This document shows, piece by piece, positions 61,168 to 64,000 of a stretch of 64,000 nt of DNA. Position 1 is the stretch's first letter; every line of letters starts with the position of its first letter. The position numbers and the translations under genes were made by a program. Source of the DNA: Candidatus Cloacimonadales bacterium (GTDB taxonomy: Bacteria; Cloacimonadota; Cloacimonadia; Cloacimonadales; JAFGVF01); assembly GCA_963667035.1 (NCBI GenBank), contig OY762964.1:2144001-2208000 (forward strand), read 5' to 3'. The notes below the pieces were generated by a model. The model was not told where the DNA came from. It made no database searches and worked only from the letters and a program-made list of their open reading frames with translations.

Positions 61168-62999
61168 TCTATTCTCTTAAATCTTTTTTCCAGTTCGTTA
61201 AGAGTCATCTTGATTATCAATGGTCTTCCATGGGGACAGAAATATGGGACACTACAAGCAAACAAGTCATTAATTAAAGCCAGCATCTCTTTTCTCGTTA
61301 GCTTTCTGTTCGCTTTTATTGCAGCTTTACAAGCCATTGTTTTTGCTAAACTATCCCTGATATCCTCAGTTTCTTCAAATTCATCCTGTAAGCTCTTCAT
61401 AATGTCTAGGAAGAATTCTTCACTATTCAAGTCATTCAACTCCGGAGGGACTTCATCAATTACTACAGAGTTTCCGCTAAAAGTCTTAATCGAGAAACCG
61501 ACTTGATTGAATATCTCAATGTTTTTCTCAAGTAAATCGGTAAGAACCGAATTGAGGTAAGGAGGAATATTCACAACAAGCGGAAACACCAGTTTCTGAC
61601 GTACCGGTGGTGCTCCATGGATTCTTTGCACCATCTTCTCATAGATAATTCGTTCATGAGCTGCATGCTGATCAATTGCCATCAGACCGTCTTCCGATTG
61701 GATAAAGATATAAGTATCGTGCAACTGCCATGGATTAACAAGTTCTTCTTCTTTAGGTAGCAGTTGAGAAGGGAACATAGGTTCTCTTGTTTCCTGCTCT
61801 TCAACTAATGGAGTTCTTATTTCTCTCGTAAACACATCAGGTTGGAACACTTCTTCCAAATCGGTTTTATATTCAGAATAGCGTGGTTTTACAGGTTTAA
61901 TGAATATCTTCTGCTCGTAATTTGTCAGAGGTTTGCTCTGAGTCAAATCTGCAGTTTTCATCTCAGCAGTATGGAATTTCTCCTTTTCATACTCCATCAA
62001 AGCGTTTGTTACACAGCTTTTCACGAAACTATGAACAAAATGGGAATCTCTGAATCTTACTTCATGTTTAGCAGGATGTACATTTACATCAATCATCTCA
62101 GGGTCAATATTAAGGAAGATGATATAAGGAGGAAGCTGACCTTTCTGGTAAATCCCGCTTTTCTTTATGAATGGGTCGTAAGCTGACTTTATAGCATGCA
62201 AAATAATCTTATCTTTCATGTATCTACCGTTAACAAATATGTAACGATGGTCATAGATATTGTGCTCCGTATTCTCTAATCCCGATACATATCCGTTTAA
62301 CTTGATAATCTTGTTAGACATGCTTAACGAAATCAGGTCATTATCAAAGAATTTATTACCAAACACAGCCCTCATTCTTTGTTCATTATCATCCGTTGCG
62401 GGATAGTTCAATCGTTCTTTACCGTTTGAATTGAACCTGAAACTTATCTCAGGATAGACAATTGATTGATAATGCAAGTAGCTCAAGATATGCTTAAATT
62501 CTACCTGATCGGATTTAAGGAACTTCCTTCTTGCAGGAACATTACTAAACAATCTTCTTACGGAAATATCAGTACCTTGATTCCCTCCGATTTTTGAAAC
62601 ATCTTTCAGTGTACCGCCATAGAACTCAATTCGAGTCGCAACATCAGACTTCTCGTCTTTTGTAATCATAACCAAATGGCTTATAGAACTAATACTGGGT
62701 AAAGCTTCCCCTCTAAATCCAAGAGTTCCTATTTTAATGATGTCTTCAACATTTCTGATCTTGGAAGTGGCATGTCTTTCGAAACTCAATAGTGCATCTG
62801 TTTCATTCATACCCTGTCCGTTGTCAATAACCTGTATTAAATCCTTACCACCTCTTTCAATGTTCACGGTAATAGACATTGCTCCGGCATCTATTGCATT
62901 TTCAACCAGTTCTTTAACAACAGATGCAGGACGGTCTATAACCTCTCCGGCAGCAATTCTATTAGCGACTTCTTCAGCCAACACTTTTATTCTGTTCAT
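61164..62999 (-). CDS. mutL: DNA mismatch repair endonuclease MutL
   Basis: GFRGEAL, DVNVHP, DQHAAHER, CPHGRP. Confidence 0.98.
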   Translation of the reverse strand: MNRIKVLAEEVANRIAAGEVIDRPASVVKELVENAIDAGAMSITVNIERGGKDLIQVIDNGQGMNETDALLSFERHATSKIRNVEDIIKIGTLGFRGEALPSISSISHLVMITKDEKSDVATRIEFYGGTLKDVSKIGGNQGTDISVRRLFSNVPARRKFLKSDQVEFKHILSYLHYQSIVYPEISFRFNSNGKERLNYPATDDNEQRMRAVFGNKFFDNDLISLSMSNKIIKLNGYVSGLENTEHNIYDHRYIFVNGRYMKDKIILHAIKSAYDPFIKKSGIYQKGQLPPYIIFLNIDPEMIDVNVHPAKHEVRFRDSHFVHSFVKSCVTNALMEYEKEKFHTAEMKTADLTQSKPLTNYEQKIFIKPVKPRYSEYKTDLEEVFQPDVFTREIRTPLVEEQETREPMFPSQLLPKEEELVNPWQLHDTYIFIQSEDGLMAIDQHAAHERIIYEKMVQRIHGAPPVRQKLVFPLVVNIPPYLNSVLTDLLEKNIEIFNQVGFSIKTFSGNSVVIDEVPPELNDLNSEEFFLDIMKSLQDEFEETEDIRDSLAKTMACKAAIKANRKLTRKEMLALINDLFACSVPYFCPHGRPLIIKMTLNELEKRFKRIE

Positions 63000-63160
63000 T
63001 TATGATGATTTCCTTAATATATAATCGTCCTCTAATAGTAGTTAAAGCTGTTGTTCTTATGTCAAGAAAACAATCACTTTTTTCGATTGAGCTATTATAT
63101 GAAGAATCCATCCTATTCTATATCTGCCAAATCAATTAAAATTCTCATATCTTTTGAGAA

Positions 63161-63240
63161 GTCCGTTCGACTTCATTCGACAAGCTCATTTCGCTCGGGT
63201 GACGATGATAGTTTATCTTATGTCATTCACTCGTAGTGAC
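63161..63240. repeat. Degenerate REP-like (TTCGAC...GCTC...TGAC) sequence
   Basis: TTCGACTTC, TTCGACAAGCTCA, TTCGCTCGGGTGAC, TGTCATTC. Confidence 0.45.
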
Positions 63241-63252
63241 AAGAAATCACAA

Positions 63253-63708
63253 TCAACCTTTATACTTAATTTGCAATCCTTTTAAGAAGCGTCTTAGAAT
63301 TTGGTCATTACACAGTCTAAAATGCTTATGGTCAATGCGCCTAAAGAAGGCACTTAACTCGTGTTTGCTAATTGAGAAGTCTGCGAGTTTAAGAATCTCG
63401 ATTATATCTTCTGCTTGAAGATTCAACGCTATCTTCAACTTCCTTAAGACAATGTTATTATTGATTAAGTATTCTGAAGAGACTTTCTTATCACTTGGTC
63501 CTCTTCTCTCAACAATGAAACCATCTAGGAACTCAACCATAAGGGTATCACTAATCTCTTTGAAATCAGGGTCTTCATCTTTTTTTAACCAAGAACATAC
63601 TTGCTCTCTTGTAACAACTCTCCCCGCATGTTGGAAAATCTTCATTATTTTATCGTCATTTAAAGCAAAAGTGTATCTTACTCTTCTTAATATATCGTTA
63701 TTCTTCAT
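63253..63708 (-). CDS. DUF1456 (YehS-like) protein
   Basis: NNDILRRVRY, NNIVLRKLKIALNL, SKHELSAFFR. Confidence 0.88.
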   Translation of the reverse strand: MKNNDILRRVRYTFALNDDKIMKIFQHAGRVVTREQVCSWLKKDEDPDFKEISDTLMVEFLDGFIVERRGPSDKKVSSEYLINNNIVLRKLKIALNLQAEDIIEILKLADFSISKHELSAFFRRIDHKHFRLCNDQILRRFLKGLQIKYKG

Positions 63709-63898
63709 TTATTATCTCCTTCACTCTTCCTACTTGCCCATCCGCTAGCATAACTTTTATCCCATGAGGATGAGTAGCTGAATTAGTGAGTATCCTCTTT
63801 ACGCTTCCTTCAGTTAGTTTACCTGTTCGTTGGTCTTGTTTAAGTACTATTCTAACTCTTAATCCTAGTTTAATATCTATTCTCTTTGTTCCGTCCAA
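63698..63898 (-). CDS. YwbE/DUF2196 family protein
   Basis: KQDQRTGKLTEG, HPHGIKV, GQVGRV. Confidence 0.88.
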   Translation of the reverse strand: MDGTKRIDIKLGLRVRIVLKQDQRTGKLTEGSVKRILTNSATHPHGIKVMLADGQVGRVKEIINEE

Positions 63899-63962
63899 AT
63901 TATATCCTTGTTATTTATGATTAATGTAAGATATTATAACCTCGCATTTCAGTATAGAAAAA

Positions 63963-63999
63963 AAAGCATCAGCACATATAAAAATTGTGTTGATGCTTT
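63963..63999 (-). terminator. Terminator of an upstream (out-of-window) gene
   Basis: AAAGCATCAGCACA-N9-TGTGTTGATGCTTT. Confidence 0.6.
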
Positions 64000-64000
64000 A

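Overview
AT-rich bacterial chromosomal window. The gene content (FlgD-Ig/CTD-tailed secreted proteins, GldAFG-type ABC, many lipoproteins) suggests an FCB-group anaerobe such as Cloacimonadota; this is inference. Housekeeping content: RND efflux operon with TetR, 2-oxoacid dehydrogenase E1a/E1b/E2/E3, M16C peptidase, RNase P RNA, tRNA-Leu-tig-clpP-clpX, tatD, shikimate-pathway fusions, miaA and mutL. Most notable observations: (1) three intergenic ~110-170 bp elements made of inverted arrays of 11-bp units around a dyad centre, two of them clear paralogs whose length differences are exact multiples of 11; (2) a RADAR-like ATPase + adenosine deaminase defence pair whose ATPase has one in-frame TAA; (3) two IS1182 copies serially inserted into one 30-bp perfect palindrome with 34- and 30-bp duplications, one copy carrying an in-frame 690-bp deletion; (4) a winged-HTH regulator fused to an apparently inactive M29 aminopeptidase fold, next to a large secreted adhesin-like gene; (5) TolC+MFP genes co-operonic with a GldA/F/G-type ABC system; (6) enzymes with altered cofactor motifs (E3, Mo-oxidoreductase). 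All family calls come from motif recognition by eye; no searches were run.
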